Assembly: GCA_902546145.1 (NCBI GenBank)
Contig: CACCIT010000003.1
Coordinates: forward strand, 4,689 to 68,688
DNA length: 64,000 nt
From: an uncultured Pelagibacteraceae bacterium
GTDB taxonomy: Bacteria; Pseudomonadota; Alphaproteobacteria; Pelagibacterales; Pelagibacteraceae
Direction of reading: 5' to 3'
Shown here: positions 37,761-47,429 of the stretch, one piece after another
Position numbering within the stretch: position 1 is the first letter of the stretch
Layout of the letters: each line of letters opens with the position of its first letter
Notes under the pieces: model-generated
Databases searched by the model: none
Seen by the model: only the letters and a program-made list of their open reading frames with translations
What the model was told of the DNA's origin: nothing
Made by a program: the position numbers and the translations under genes

Positions 37761-38375
37761 TTAATTGAAATTTTTAGTTACAACAATTGTATCAAAATCA
37801 TCAGCAAGACTTCCTTTGCAATTGATGGGGCTAACACCCTCTTTAAAAGCAAGCTCATTTGAAGGTCTTAAGGTAACTTCTAGTTGTATCATTGATACTA
37901 GTTCTTTAATCTTTTTATGCTCGTATTTCCATGAAGGCCAGCTTGTGGGAGTTGAAAATGTTGAAACGACATAAGATGAGGCTCTTGAGAAATTATAATT
38001 ACTTTCATTTTGGTTCCTTAATAGATGATCTCTCACAGAAAAGAAAATATTCTTACATCTATACATATCTGAAAAATAGTTTGTTTTTGTCAATGTCTCG
38101 CTCATTGGTACAGATACTATTAAATCAATTGTATTTCTCCAGAATGATGAAACTACATCTGTATAAACATCATCAATTTCAATTTGTTTGTCAGGAAAAT
38201 GTTTTTGAACTTGAGGAATTGCTGATTTCATATCCTCTTGCAATCTAAATATACCAATATCATAGACTGTGAGTTGTTGATTTCTAAGCAATGTTGTAAT
38301 TGATTGAGCATTCAAGGAAGAAGTTAACAATATTAGAGAAAGAGAAAAAAATATTATTTTTTTAAACATAACCAT
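37761..38375 (-). CDS. secreted hypothetical protein
   Basis: Signal peptide (SLNA-Q), two Cys, no recognised domain; between phoR and pstS. Confidence 0.75.
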   Translation of the reverse strand: MVMFKKIIFFSLSLILLTSSLNAQSITTLLRNQQLTVYDIGIFRLQEDMKSAIPQVQKHFPDKQIEIDDVYTDVVSSFWRNTIDLIVSVPMSETLTKTNYFSDMYRCKNIFFSVRDHLLRNQNESNYNFSRASSYVVSTFSTPTSWPSWKYEHKKIKELVSMIQLEVTLRPSNELAFKEGVSPINCKGSLADDFDTIVVTKNFN

Positions 38376-38454
38376 AACAATTAAGATTCTTACAAAAAAA
38401 GAAAGTTAATACAAATTAAATTAATGATCTAAAAGTATTGATAAATGTAATAAA

Positions 38455-39612
38455 TTACAATTCACTAGGAATATGAATATTGAATTCTGTGCCTTTGCCC
38501 AATTGACTTTTAATTTCAAATTCACCTCTATGCTGAGTTACAATGTGTTTCATTATTGCTAAACCGAGACCTGTACCACCAACTTTTTTACTTTTTTCAA
38601 TGTCCACTCTGTAAAATCTTTCAGTAATTCTAACAATCTGATTTTGAGGTATACCGATACCTTCATCTATAATTGAAATTTTAACACCTGGTTTAACTAG
38701 TTTGCCAACACTTTTTGATGTTAATACTTTAATAGATTTATTTTTTTCGGAATATTTAATTGAATTATCAATTAAATTTGAAAAAACAGTTAGCATTCTA
38801 TCTTCATTGCCAATAATTTTATCAAAATGTTTGTCTACATTAATATTCAAATCAATATTATTTTTTTCGATATTTGTAATGTGTATGTCTTTTAATTTAT
38901 TAAATATTTTTTCTAAACTTATTTTATTACTTGGTCTAATATGTTCTTCTAATTCAATTCTACTTAAAATTAATAAATCGTTAATTAAATTTTCCATTCT
39001 AGAGGTTTGTGAGCCCATTATATCTAAAAATTTTTGCTTAGCTGGTTCATCGTTTTTTGCGGGTCCTTGTATAGTTTCTACCGCACCTTTAATTGACATA
39101 AGTGGAGTTCTTAATTCATGACTTACATTTGCAACAAAATCAGTTCTAAATTTTTGAGCTTTTGAAATTTCTGTCAAATCTTTGAGAAATAAGACCACAG
39201 ACTCTTGATCTGGAAATAGTTTTGTTGGACCGGGGATGGCATAAACCCTGTAATGCTGATAAGATGGTAAATCAATTTCAAGATCTATATGATCCGTTTT
39301 ATTATTTATTTTTACATTATTTATAAGATTATCTAACTCAGGATTTCTTATAATTGATCCTAAATGTTTATTTTCTAAATTATTACCAAATCTTATTTTG
39401 GCACTTGGATTGGCGTAATCAATTATGTTTAATTTATTAAGAGCAATAAATTGATCCTCTAATTCATCTAAAATAAATTTTTTATCCTTATTTGGATCAT
39501 ATTTAGATAGGATAGTTTTTTTTTCTTCAATACTATTTTTTTTAGTATTCCATAATTTTATAGCTAAAATTATTATTATTAATATTAAAATTAATTCAAA
39601 AAAACCAATCAT
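38455..39612 (-). CDS. phoR: phosphate regulon sensor kinase
   Basis: DFVANVSHELRTPL, NLIDNSIKY, RITERFYRVD, GGTGLGLAI; N-terminal TM plus PAS-like region. Confidence 0.93.
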   Translation of the reverse strand: MIGFFELILILIIIILAIKLWNTKKNSIEEKKTILSKYDPNKDKKFILDELEDQFIALNKLNIIDYANPSAKIRFGNNLENKHLGSIIRNPELDNLINNVKINNKTDHIDLEIDLPSYQHYRVYAIPGPTKLFPDQESVVLFLKDLTEISKAQKFRTDFVANVSHELRTPLMSIKGAVETIQGPAKNDEPAKQKFLDIMGSQTSRMENLINDLLILSRIELEEHIRPSNKISLEKIFNKLKDIHITNIEKNNIDLNINVDKHFDKIIGNEDRMLTVFSNLIDNSIKYSEKNKSIKVLTSKSVGKLVKPGVKISIIDEGIGIPQNQIVRITERFYRVDIEKSKKVGGTGLGLAIMKHIVTQHRGEFEIKSQLGKGTEFNIHIPSEL

Positions 39613-39652
39613 CTGTAAGAAATTTGAAACATATGTTTAACAAAAATTAAAT
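39613..39652 (+). promoter_or_regulatory. four-unit Pho box for the olsB-like/acyltransferase pair
   Basis: CTGTAAG-AAAT-TTGAAAC-ATAT-GTTTAAC-AAAA-ATTAAAT, 10 nt, TATTTA, 6 nt, ATG. Confidence 0.7.
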
Positions 39653-39674
39653 AAGAATCTCTTATTTAATTTTA

Positions 39675-40499
39675 ATGTTAACTTTAAAACATTTTTCAAA
39701 TACTAATTATAGTAAAAAATTTTACATAAATACTGGAAATTTTTTTAAACCTACTTTTATCACTAAATTGGCCGACACTAAAAGTGAGATAAAAGCTGCA
39801 CAAAAACTAAGGTATAAAGTTTTTTTTGAAGATAGAAAAAAGAAAAAAATAATAAACATTTCAAGTTTCAAAAAGGATACCGATATTTATGATAAATATT
39901 GTGACCATATAATCGTTTCTTATAAAAAAAATAAATTTAGTAAAACCAATATTATCGGTACATACAGGTTACTTAAGCAGGAAAATAGTGGGAATGTAGG
40001 ATTTTGTACAAGTGAAGAATATAATTTAGACAATTTAATTAAATCACCAAAATATAATAATTTATTGGAAGTAAGCAGATCATGTATTCACAAAGATCAT
40101 AGAAATAAAAATATACTACAATCAATGTGGAAAGAAATTCATAGATACGTAGTATCAAATAAAATACAGGGTTTATTTGGTACAGCTAGTTTCTTGCACA
40201 CAGATTATAAAAAAATAGAAGATGAGCTAATCTATTTGCAACAAAATTTTATAATGAATAAAGAAGTTGAGGTCACAGCAAATCCAAAAATGTCAATAAA
40301 TATTGATTACAATAAAAAAGTCAAACCATCTTTAAAATTAATTAAAAATCTTCCAACATTGATCAAAGGATACCTGAAACTAAATGCTAAAATTGGAAAT
40401 GGTGCAATCATTGATCCTAAATTTAAAACTATTGATATATTTGTTTTTGTGGAATTTAATAAGATTGATACAAAGTATTTAGAAAAATTCTCTTACTAA
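39675..40499 (+). CDS. olsB: GNAT N-acyltransferase, OlsB-like (lyso-ornithine lipid synthase)
   Basis: AQKLRYKVF, D.YD.YCDH, GTYRL, LEVSRSC, PTLIKGYL. Confidence 0.82.
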   Translation: MLTLKHFSNTNYSKKFYINTGNFFKPTFITKLADTKSEIKAAQKLRYKVFFEDRKKKKIINISSFKKDTDIYDKYCDHIIVSYKKNKFSKTNIIGTYRLLKQENSGNVGFCTSEEYNLDNLIKSPKYNNLLEVSRSCIHKDHRNKNILQSMWKEIHRYVVSNKIQGLFGTASFLHTDYKKIEDELIYLQQNFIMNKEVEVTANPKMSINIDYNKKVKPSLKLIKNLPTLIKGYLKLNAKIGNGAIIDPKFKTIDIFVFVEFNKIDTKYLEKFSY

Positions 40500-40503
40500 T
40501 ATT

Positions 40504-41235
40504 GTGGAAATATTAAAAAAAATTACAAAATATTCTTATATACAAAATCTATACTCCAAAAATTATAATAACTTTAATAACAAAAATTTTTGGGATGAAA
40601 CTCTTAAAATTTTAAACATTAAATATAATGCTCAAGGAATTCAAAATATACCATCATCAGGACCAACTATCTTAGTTGCAAACCATCCTTTTGGCATATT
40701 AGACGGTTTAATACTTTCTTCTATAGTCTCTAATATTAGGAAAGATTACAAAATTCTTATAAATAATGAATTAACAAAAATTGATCATATTACAGAATAT
40801 TTATACCCTTTAAAATTTAGCACTAATAAAAAAGATGTTATCTTCAATATTAATAGCAAAAATAATTCTATAAATCACATAATGAACGGTGGTTGTTTAA
40901 TCACATTTCCGTCAGGTGAAGTTGCTACATCTAAATTCATATTTGATAACCCAAAGGAAAGAAAGTGGAAACCATTAATTGGTTCTATTATAAAAAAAAG
41001 TAATCCAACAATAATACCTGTAAAATTTTTTGGAAAAAATAGTAAGTTTTTTCAGTTTACAGGATTTATAAATAACAATTTAAGAAGAGCTTTATTTATA
41101 CGTGAACTCTTAAACAAGAAAAATGAAACTTTCAAAGTTATAATAAATAAACCTATTTATGAACTTAAAACAAAAAATTTAACTAATGAAGAGATTTCCG
41201 AAAATTTAAAAAATATTGTTATAGGTATTAATTAG
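40504..41235 (+). CDS. PlsC-type acyltransferase (OlsA/OlsF N-domain-like, second acylation of ornithine lipid)
   Basis: VANHPFGILDG (Hx4D), FPSGEV; GTG start directly after olsB. Confidence 0.8.
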   Translation: MEILKKITKYSYIQNLYSKNYNNFNNKNFWDETLKILNIKYNAQGIQNIPSSGPTILVANHPFGILDGLILSSIVSNIRKDYKILINNELTKIDHITEYLYPLKFSTNKKDVIFNINSKNNSINHIMNGGCLITFPSGEVATSKFIFDNPKERKWKPLIGSIIKKSNPTIIPVKFFGKNSKFFQFTGFINNNLRRALFIRELLNKKNETFKVIINKPIYELKTKNLTNEEISENLKNIVIGIN

Positions 41236-42232
41236 GTGAAATATTATCAAAAAATATCTTAGCAGTTTCTTCCCAGCTGTATTTTTTAGAAAATTCTAGA
41301 CAATCTTGTCTACTTATCTTTAAAGCTTTCAAAGCAGAAGCTTTTAAATCATTATCCAAAGTATCAATTTTAGTTCCACCTAAAATATCTTTTGGGCCTG
41401 GTACAGGGTATGCTGCTACGGGTGTACCACAATTTAAAGATTCTAAAACAACAATACCAAAAGTGTCAGTTTTACTGGGAAATACAAAAACATCTGATGA
41501 TGCAAAGTGTGAAGCCAATTCTCCATTAGTTCTCTCACCTAAAAAAATATCATTGGGAAATTTCTTTTTCAAATTTTCAAGATCTGGACCTTTGCCTATG
41601 ACGACTTTGGTACCTTCTAGATCTAAGTCTAAGAATGCTTTAATATTTTTTTCTACCGCTACTCTTCCAACGTAAATCCAAATTGGTCTTTTGTAAGGTA
41701 GATCTCTTTTTTGTGGATTTTTAAAAGCACCATGGTTACCTCCTCTTGTCCAAGTTACCATCTTGCTATTATCAATTCCTAAATCGATCAATTCTTTTCG
41801 CATCGACTCTGTTGTTACTAAAATTCTCTCTGCTTTATTATGAAAATTACATAAAAATTTTTCTGACCATTTAGCTGGGATGATCGGCATATAAAGCTTC
41901 ATATACTTATCAAATCTAGTGTGAAAACTTGTAGTAAATTTTAATTTATTTTTTATACAATACCTTCTTGCCATAAAACCTAAAGGACCCTCTGTTGCAA
42001 TATGAATTGCGTTAGGATTTATTGATTTAATTAAGTTTCCTACTCTTGGCCAAACATTTAAAGACAATCTAATTTCATTATACTTTGGCATTGGTACAGT
42101 CATGAACTGTTGCGGCGTTATATATTCAATTTGATGACCTTGAGATTTTAATATTTCACCAGTTTCATGAAGAGTTCTAACTACACCGTTGACTTGCGGA
42201 TAATAAGCATCTGTTACAATCAAAATTTTCAT
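41228..42232 (-). CDS. agt: GT4 glycosyltransferase (glycosyl/glucuronosyl-DAG synthase, Agt-like)
   Basis: TDAYYPQVNGVV, HIATEGPLG, GRVAVEKN, FVFPSKTDTFG; translationally coupled to plcP. Confidence 0.85.
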   Translation of the reverse strand: MKILIVTDAYYPQVNGVVRTLHETGEILKSQGHQIEYITPQQFMTVPMPKYNEIRLSLNVWPRVGNLIKSINPNAIHIATEGPLGFMARRYCIKNKLKFTTSFHTRFDKYMKLYMPIIPAKWSEKFLCNFHNKAERILVTTESMRKELIDLGIDNSKMVTWTRGGNHGAFKNPQKRDLPYKRPIWIYVGRVAVEKNIKAFLDLDLEGTKVVIGKGPDLENLKKKFPNDIFLGERTNGELASHFASSDVFVFPSKTDTFGIVVLESLNCGTPVAAYPVPGPKDILGGTKIDTLDNDLKASALKALKISRQDCLEFSKKYSWEETAKIFFDNISPN

Positions 42233-43056
42233 TAAGATGCTTTTTTAAGTTGATCATCTTCTACTGTATTAGATGATATCATTTCATCTTCATCTACATT
42301 TACATAATCTTTTCTAATTTTGTCCCAATAAATTATTTCAAAAGTACCATCATAATTCTCAGCGAGTGCAGTGCAAGACTCAACCCAATCACCACAATTT
42401 AAGTAATTTACTCCATCAAAATCCTCATTCGTAGCGTGATGAATATGACCACAAATTATTCCATCAAATTTCTTTTTCTTACCATATTGAGCAATAGTTC
42501 TTTCATATTCACCGATATATTTAACTGCATTTTTAACTTTATATTTTAAATACTTAGCCAAAGACCAATAAGTTTTTCCTCTCAATTTTCTAAAGAAATT
42601 AATAACTATGTTTAGTCTCAATAGCATTTCATAAGCTATTGAACCTAACTTGGAGAGCCATTTGGCATATCGCATAACACCATCCCAAGCATCGCCATGA
42701 ACAACTAAATATTTTTTATTTTGTACCGACTGGTGAATTACTCTGTTAATCATTTTGATTTGTCCAAAATGCATTGGAATAAACTTCCTAAATACTTCAT
42801 CGTGATTACCAATAACATAAAACACTTCTGTTCCATGACGAGCTTTTCTCAATATTTTTTGAACTACGTCGTTGTGTGCTTGTGGCCAATAAAAGTTTTT
42901 TTGCAATGCCCACACATCTATAATGTCACCAACACAATACAATTTTTCAGATCTTGTATTCTTAAAAAATTCTAACAATTTCTCCGCTTGGCATCCCTTT
43001 GTTCCAAGGTGAACATCTGAAATAAAAATACTTTTATATTGTAAAATGGGTTTCAC
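42232..43056 (-). CDS. plcP: phospholipase C PlcP (LpxH-like metallophosphoesterase)
   Basis: SDVHLG, GDIID, GNHD, HGD, CGHIH, NCGDWVES. Start set at GTG 43056 after GGAG. Confidence 0.88.
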   Translation of the reverse strand: MKPILQYKSIFISDVHLGTKGCQAEKLLEFFKNTRSEKLYCVGDIIDVWALQKNFYWPQAHNDVVQKILRKARHGTEVFYVIGNHDEVFRKFIPMHFGQIKMINRVIHQSVQNKKYLVVHGDAWDGVMRYAKWLSKLGSIAYEMLLRLNIVINFFRKLRGKTYWSLAKYLKYKVKNAVKYIGEYERTIAQYGKKKKFDGIICGHIHHATNEDFDGVNYLNCGDWVESCTALAENYDGTFEIIYWDKIRKDYVNVDEDEMISSNTVEDDQLKKAS

Positions 43057-43115
43057 TATGCAGCTCCAATCTGAGATAATTATTCTCAATTAATACTAGA
43101 ATCATTAACCTGGTT

Positions 43116-43146
43116 GTGTCATAGTAATGTTAAAGATTTATTAAAA
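43116..43146. promoter_or_regulatory. Pho box in the divergent plcP/DAG kinase promoter
   Basis: Plus strand: GTGTCAT-AGTA-ATGTTAA-AGAT-TTATTAA. Minus strand: TTTTAAT-AAAT-CTTTAAC-ATTA-CTATGAC. Confidence 0.65.
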
Positions 43147-43164
43147 TAAAAATAACAAGATAAA

Positions 43165-44055
43165 ATGAAATTTTGCTTTATTTATAACAAAAAAGCTTCT
43201 TCTGGTAGAAAATCCAATTTTATAAAAAAAATTTGCAACAACCTAAAATTGTCGCATCATGTTGATCTCTTTGAAACAGTTACTGAAAAAGAAGCTGAAG
43301 ATTTATTTAAACAAATCGTAAAGCAAGATTACGATAGATTAGTAGTTGCTGGAGGTGATGGCTCTGTGTGTTTTGCCATAAATCAACTAATCAAAAATAA
43401 TTTTCAACCAAAAGAAAATTTTGCAATTGGATATGTACCAGCTGGTACAGCAAACATTTTACAAGCAGAACTTGGAATGTCTAAAAATATAAATAAAATT
43501 TTACAAACATTAACGTCGGATAACTTAGAAAAAACTAATCTTGTCAAAATTAATGACAATTATTTTATTCTCATGGCTGGCATAGGTTGGGATGCTCAAA
43601 TTGTTCAATCTATAAATTCTAAAATTAAAAAAATACTAGGAAAAGTAATATTTGGAATTAAAGGATTAGAAAAATTTATTTTTATGAAAAATACTAAGAT
43701 TAAAGTAAATATTGATAACGAAGAATTGTTAGCAGATTGGGTATTATGTTCGAATAGTAAATATTATGCGGGTCACCATAAAATAACAGATACAAATATT
43801 TTTGAAGAAAAATTTACAACATATATCTTTAAAGATTTAAGTAGAATGAAACTTTTATACTATATCTTTCTAATTATTTTTAATGGCAATCTTAATAAAT
43901 CAAATTCGGTAATCACAAAAAATACAAACGAAGTTAAACTTAAAACTATTGATAAAAGCATACCCATACAGATAGATGGAGATAATTTTGGCTCTCTTAA
44001 GGATATAGTTATCAAATCTTCTAAAAGAAAATTTAATTTACTAAAAGCAGCCTGA
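43165..44055 (+). CDS. soluble diacylglycerol/lipid kinase family protein
   Basis: AGGDGS, PAGTAN, GIGWDA, QIDGD. Confidence 0.9.
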   Translation: MKFCFIYNKKASSGRKSNFIKKICNNLKLSHHVDLFETVTEKEAEDLFKQIVKQDYDRLVVAGGDGSVCFAINQLIKNNFQPKENFAIGYVPAGTANILQAELGMSKNINKILQTLTSDNLEKTNLVKINDNYFILMAGIGWDAQIVQSINSKIKKILGKVIFGIKGLEKFIFMKNTKIKVNIDNEELLADWVLCSNSKYYAGHHKITDTNIFEEKFTTYIFKDLSRMKLLYYIFLIIFNGNLNKSNSVITKNTNEVKLKTIDKSIPIQIDGDNFGSLKDIVIKSSKRKFNLLKAA

Positions 44056-44123
44056 AAATATTATTTACTTCATTTTGAAAGTTTGCAATAATTTATTTAA
44101 TTTAAATACAATTGGGGGTTGAT

Positions 44124-44333
44124 ATGAAGAAAAAACTAAAAAACTTTGCAAAGAAAAAACAAAAAATAAACAAATCAATTCATAAATTAAAAAATAAAAT
44201 TAGTTTAAAAGAAAAAAAACTAGATAAGATCAGTATAAAAGTTGCAAGTGTAGAGAAAAAAATTGCTGAGAAAAAAGCTAAAAAACTAGCTAAAAAAAAA
44301 ACTAATCAAAATCCAGCATCAGTAAATAATTAA
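44124..44333 (+). CDS. small, extremely Lys-rich protein
   Basis: 69 aa with 26 Lys; GGGGG SD-like element before the ATG; has its own terminator. Confidence 0.65.
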   Translation: MKKKLKNFAKKKQKINKSIHKLKNKISLKEKKLDKISIKVASVEKKIAEKKAKKLAKKKTNQNPASVNN

Positions 44334-44345
44334 ATTTCAATTCGT

Positions 44346-44378
44346 CTTTCCTCTTCTTAAAATTTAAGAAGAGGAAAG
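44346..44378. terminator. perfect inverted repeat, bidirectional terminator at the right edge of the island
   Basis: ctttcctcttcttaaa-a-tttaagaagaggaaag. Confidence 0.75.
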
Positions 44379-44499
44379 TGATTAACTCACAAAATTTTAA
44401 AATTAAGAGGTAAGAATAATTTAGAAACTTATTAAAATTTTGTTCTAAACTTTTAGAATTTAAATATTTCAAAAATATAAACTAATTATTACAAGATTA

Positions 44500-45711
44500 T
44501 TACTTTTTCAAAACTCTTCCGTACACATCTTGAAATCTTACAATATCAGTTTCCTTTAATATTGAGCCTACTTGGGCTTCCATAATTTTAACTGGTTTTT
44601 GTCCAGAGTTTTGAACTCTATGTATAGCCTCTAGTGGTATAAATATATGTTCACCAGGTTTTTTAATAATTGTCTCTTTGTTTAGAGTTATTTTGGCATT
44701 ACCTTGCGTGACCAACCAATGCTCAGCTCTATGATGATGCTTTTGTAAACTTAGTATTCCTTTTGGTTTAACATAAAGTTCTTTAATTAAAAATTCTTTG
44801 CCTTCAAATAGGTTTGTGTACCTACCCCACGGTCTAAAATAAACATTTTTCTTCTTAATATATTTGTTTTTATTTTTGTCATACATTTTTAAAATTTCTT
44901 TCCAACTTCCAAGATCTGACCAAGGTATATCTAATTTAATTGCATTAATTTGCTTTGTTTTTTCAAGGATTGCATAATCAAAAGATTTAGCAGTTGCTTT
45001 TATAAATGAGGATTTATTTAAATGATAAGTATTTGATTTATATTTTGCCTTATTAACTGCTGTTACACAATTTCTATATATAGTTGGGTTATATTTTTTA
45101 AAGTTATTGATGATTGAATCTTTACGAAGATAAAACATTCCTGAGTTCCAATATCCACTTTTTCGAATGATTTCTTTTGCTTTTGCTTCTTTAGGTTTTT
45201 CAATAAATCTAGTTACTTTATTAATGTTACTTTTAATTTTTTTAGTTAAGAAATAACCGTAATCACTTGTTGGTGATTTTGGTTTGATACCAAATACAAA
45301 AATATTATTTTCATTAAGATTGGACTTATTTTTATTGATAGCCTTATTAAATATATTTATTTTCTCAATCAAATGATCAGCTGTGAAAAACATTAGTGGC
45401 TGATTATCAGGAATATCTTTTATTAAAGCTGTGCTTAAGATAGCTGGAGCCGTATTTCTTTTAGCTGGCTCAACAACAATTTTATATTTATTAATTTTGT
45501 TTTTTCTTAAATGTTGCTTAACTTTACTTAGATATTTTTTGTTTGTACTTATAATAGGTGCATCATAAATGGATGCTTTTGTTCTCTCTAGAGTTTTTCC
45601 AAGTAAAGTCCAATTGCCAAAATCAATAAACTGTTTTGCTTGATGATTTTTAGAATTAGGCCAAAGACGTGTACCAGCACCACCACATAAAATAACTGGT
45701 CTTATTTTCAT
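44500..45711 (-). CDS. manC: mannose-1-phosphate guanylyltransferase / mannose-6-phosphate isomerase
   Basis: ILCGGAGTRLWP, WNSGMF, WSDLGSW, RPWG, LSLQKHHHRAEHW cupin. Confidence 0.93.
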   Translation of the reverse strand: MKIRPVILCGGAGTRLWPNSKNHQAKQFIDFGNWTLLGKTLERTKASIYDAPIISTNKKYLSKVKQHLRKNKINKYKIVVEPAKRNTAPAILSTALIKDIPDNQPLMFFTADHLIEKINIFNKAINKNKSNLNENNIFVFGIKPKSPTSDYGYFLTKKIKSNINKVTRFIEKPKEAKAKEIIRKSGYWNSGMFYLRKDSIINNFKKYNPTIYRNCVTAVNKAKYKSNTYHLNKSSFIKATAKSFDYAILEKTKQINAIKLDIPWSDLGSWKEILKMYDKNKNKYIKKKNVYFRPWGRYTNLFEGKEFLIKELYVKPKGILSLQKHHHRAEHWLVTQGNAKITLNKETIIKKPGEHIFIPLEAIHRVQNSGQKPVKIMEAQVGSILKETDIVRFQDVYGRVLKK

Positions 45712-47429
45712 TAAATCTCTGAATAGTCTTTAACTTCCTTTTTCTTACCTGGATGAGTTGGAGCACCTAAATATGCTGGTCCAACTGTTTGTGCGTATTT
45801 CCACAAAGTACCTGATCCAAAGTCAGATTTTTTAGCTTTCCATTTTCTTCTTCTAGAAGCTAATTCTTTTTTAGAAAGCCTTACATTGATTGTTCCTTTT
45901 TTAGCATCAATATCAATGATATCTCCGTTCTTTAAAAGGCCTATAGGACCCCCTAGAGCGGCCTCAGGGCCTACGTGACCCACACAAAAGCCTCTTGTGG
46001 CTCCAGAGAACCTTCCATCAGTTATAAGGGCTACTTTCTCCCCTTTTCCCTGACCGTAAATTGCACCAGTTGTAGACAACATTTCTCTCATACCAGGACC
46101 TCCAACTGGACCTTCGTATCTTATAATAATTACATCACCATCATTATACTTTCTACTTTGAACAGCTTTCATAGCGCTTTCTTCATTATCAAAGCATCTT
46201 GCTTTTCCAGTAAATTGTAATTTTTTAAGTCCTGCAACTTTAACTATTGCTCCTTCTGGAGCTAAGTTACCTTTTAATCCAACAACACCACCTGTTGGAG
46301 ATAACGGATCTTTATAAGATCTAATTACTTTTTGTTTAGGATTAAATTTAATATTTTTTAAATTTTCTTTCATGGTTTTACCTGTAACAGTCATACAATC
46401 TCCATGAATATATCCACCTTCATATAAAGTTTTTAAAAGCATTGGTACACCACCTGCTAACCACATATCTTTTGCAACATATTTTCCACCAGGTTTTAAA
46501 TCTGCAAGATAAGGTGTTCGTTTAAAGATTTTTGCAACATCCATTAAATCAAATTTAATTCCTGCTTCATTAGCAATAGCTGGTAAATGAAGACCTGCAT
46601 TTGTAGATCCACCAGTTGCAGCAACAATTGTTGCAGCATTTTCTAAAGCTTTTCTTGTTACAATATCTCTTGGTTTAATTTTTTTCTGTAAAAGGTTCAT
46701 AACCATTTTACCACTTTCTTTTGCATATTTATCTCTTTCCTCATAAGGAGCAGGCGTTCCTGCTGAATAAGGTAATGCTAAACCAATTGCTTCAGACACA
46801 CATGCCATTGTGTTAGCAGTAAACTGACCGCCACAAGCACCCGCACTTGGACAAGCAACTAATTCTAATTTTCTAAGTTCTGCTGCTGACATTTGACCTG
46901 ATGAGTGTTTTCCAACTGCTTCAAATACATCTACTACAGTTACATCTTTTCCTTTGTAAGTACCTGGAAGAATGGATCCACCATAAATAAATACACTTGG
47001 TACATTAAGTCTAACCATTGACATCATTAAACCTGGTAATGATTTATCACAACCAGCAATACCAACTAATGCATCATAACAATGTCCTCTAACAGTAAGT
47101 TCAGCGGAGTCTGCAATAACCTCTCTTGAAATTAATGAAGATTTCATTCCTTCATGACCCATTGCAATTCCATCAGTAACAGTAATTGTACAAAATTCTC
47201 TTGGTGTTCCACCATTTGCTCTAACACCTTTTTTAACAGATTGTGCTTGTCTCATTAAAGCTATGTTGCAGGGTGCTGCTTCATTCCAAGTTGAAACTAC
47301 TCCAACAAAGGGTTTTGCTACATCTTTTTCTGTTTCACCCATTGCATAGTAAAAAGATCTATGAGGTGCTCTATCTGGTCCTAATGATGTATGTCTACTT
47401 GGAAGTTTCTTTTTATTAAATTTTGCCAT
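45711..47429 (-). CDS. ilvD: dihydroxy-acid dehydratase
   Basis: [37 protein letters not shown]. Confidence 0.96.
   Translation of the reverse strand: MAKFNKKKLPSRHTSLGPDRAPHRSFYYAMGETEKDVAKPFVGVVSTWNEAAPCNIALMRQAQSVKKGVRANGGTPREFCTITVTDGIAMGHEGMKSSLISREVIADSAELTVRGHCYDALVGIAGCDKSLPGLMMSMVRLNVPSVFIYGGSILPGTYKGKDVTVVDVFEAVGKHSSGQMSAAELRKLELVACPSAGACGGQFTANTMACVSEAIGLALPYSAGTPAPYEERDKYAKESGKMVMNLLQKKIKPRDIVTRKALENAATIVAATGGSTNAGLHLPAIANEAGIKFDLMDVAKIFKRTPYLADLKPGGKYVAKDMWLAGGVPMLLKTLYEGGYIHGDCMTVTGKTMKENLKNIKFNPKQKVIRSYKDPLSPTGGVVGLKGNLAPEGAIVKVAGLKKLQFTGKARCFDNEESAMKAVQSRKYNDGDVIIIRYEGPVGGPGMREMLSTTGAIYGQGKGEKVALITDGRFSGATRGFCVGHVGPEAALGGPIGLLKNGDIIDIDAKKGTINVRLSKKELASRRRKWKAKKSDFGSGTLWKYAQTVGPAYLGAPTHPGKKKEVKDYSEI

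Larger units (their letters stand above)
8910..44400. other. phosphorus-starvation genomic island
   Basis: Contiguous P-acquisition, P-storage and P-sparing genes with Pho boxes, between housekeeping blocks; no mobility genes. Confidence 0.8.

Noticed and set aside
42232-43089. LpxH (UDP-2,3-diacylglucosamine hydrolase) annotation and TTG start at 43089
   Set aside because: Context (agt, DAG kinase, Pho box) indicates PlcP. GTG at 43056 has an SD.
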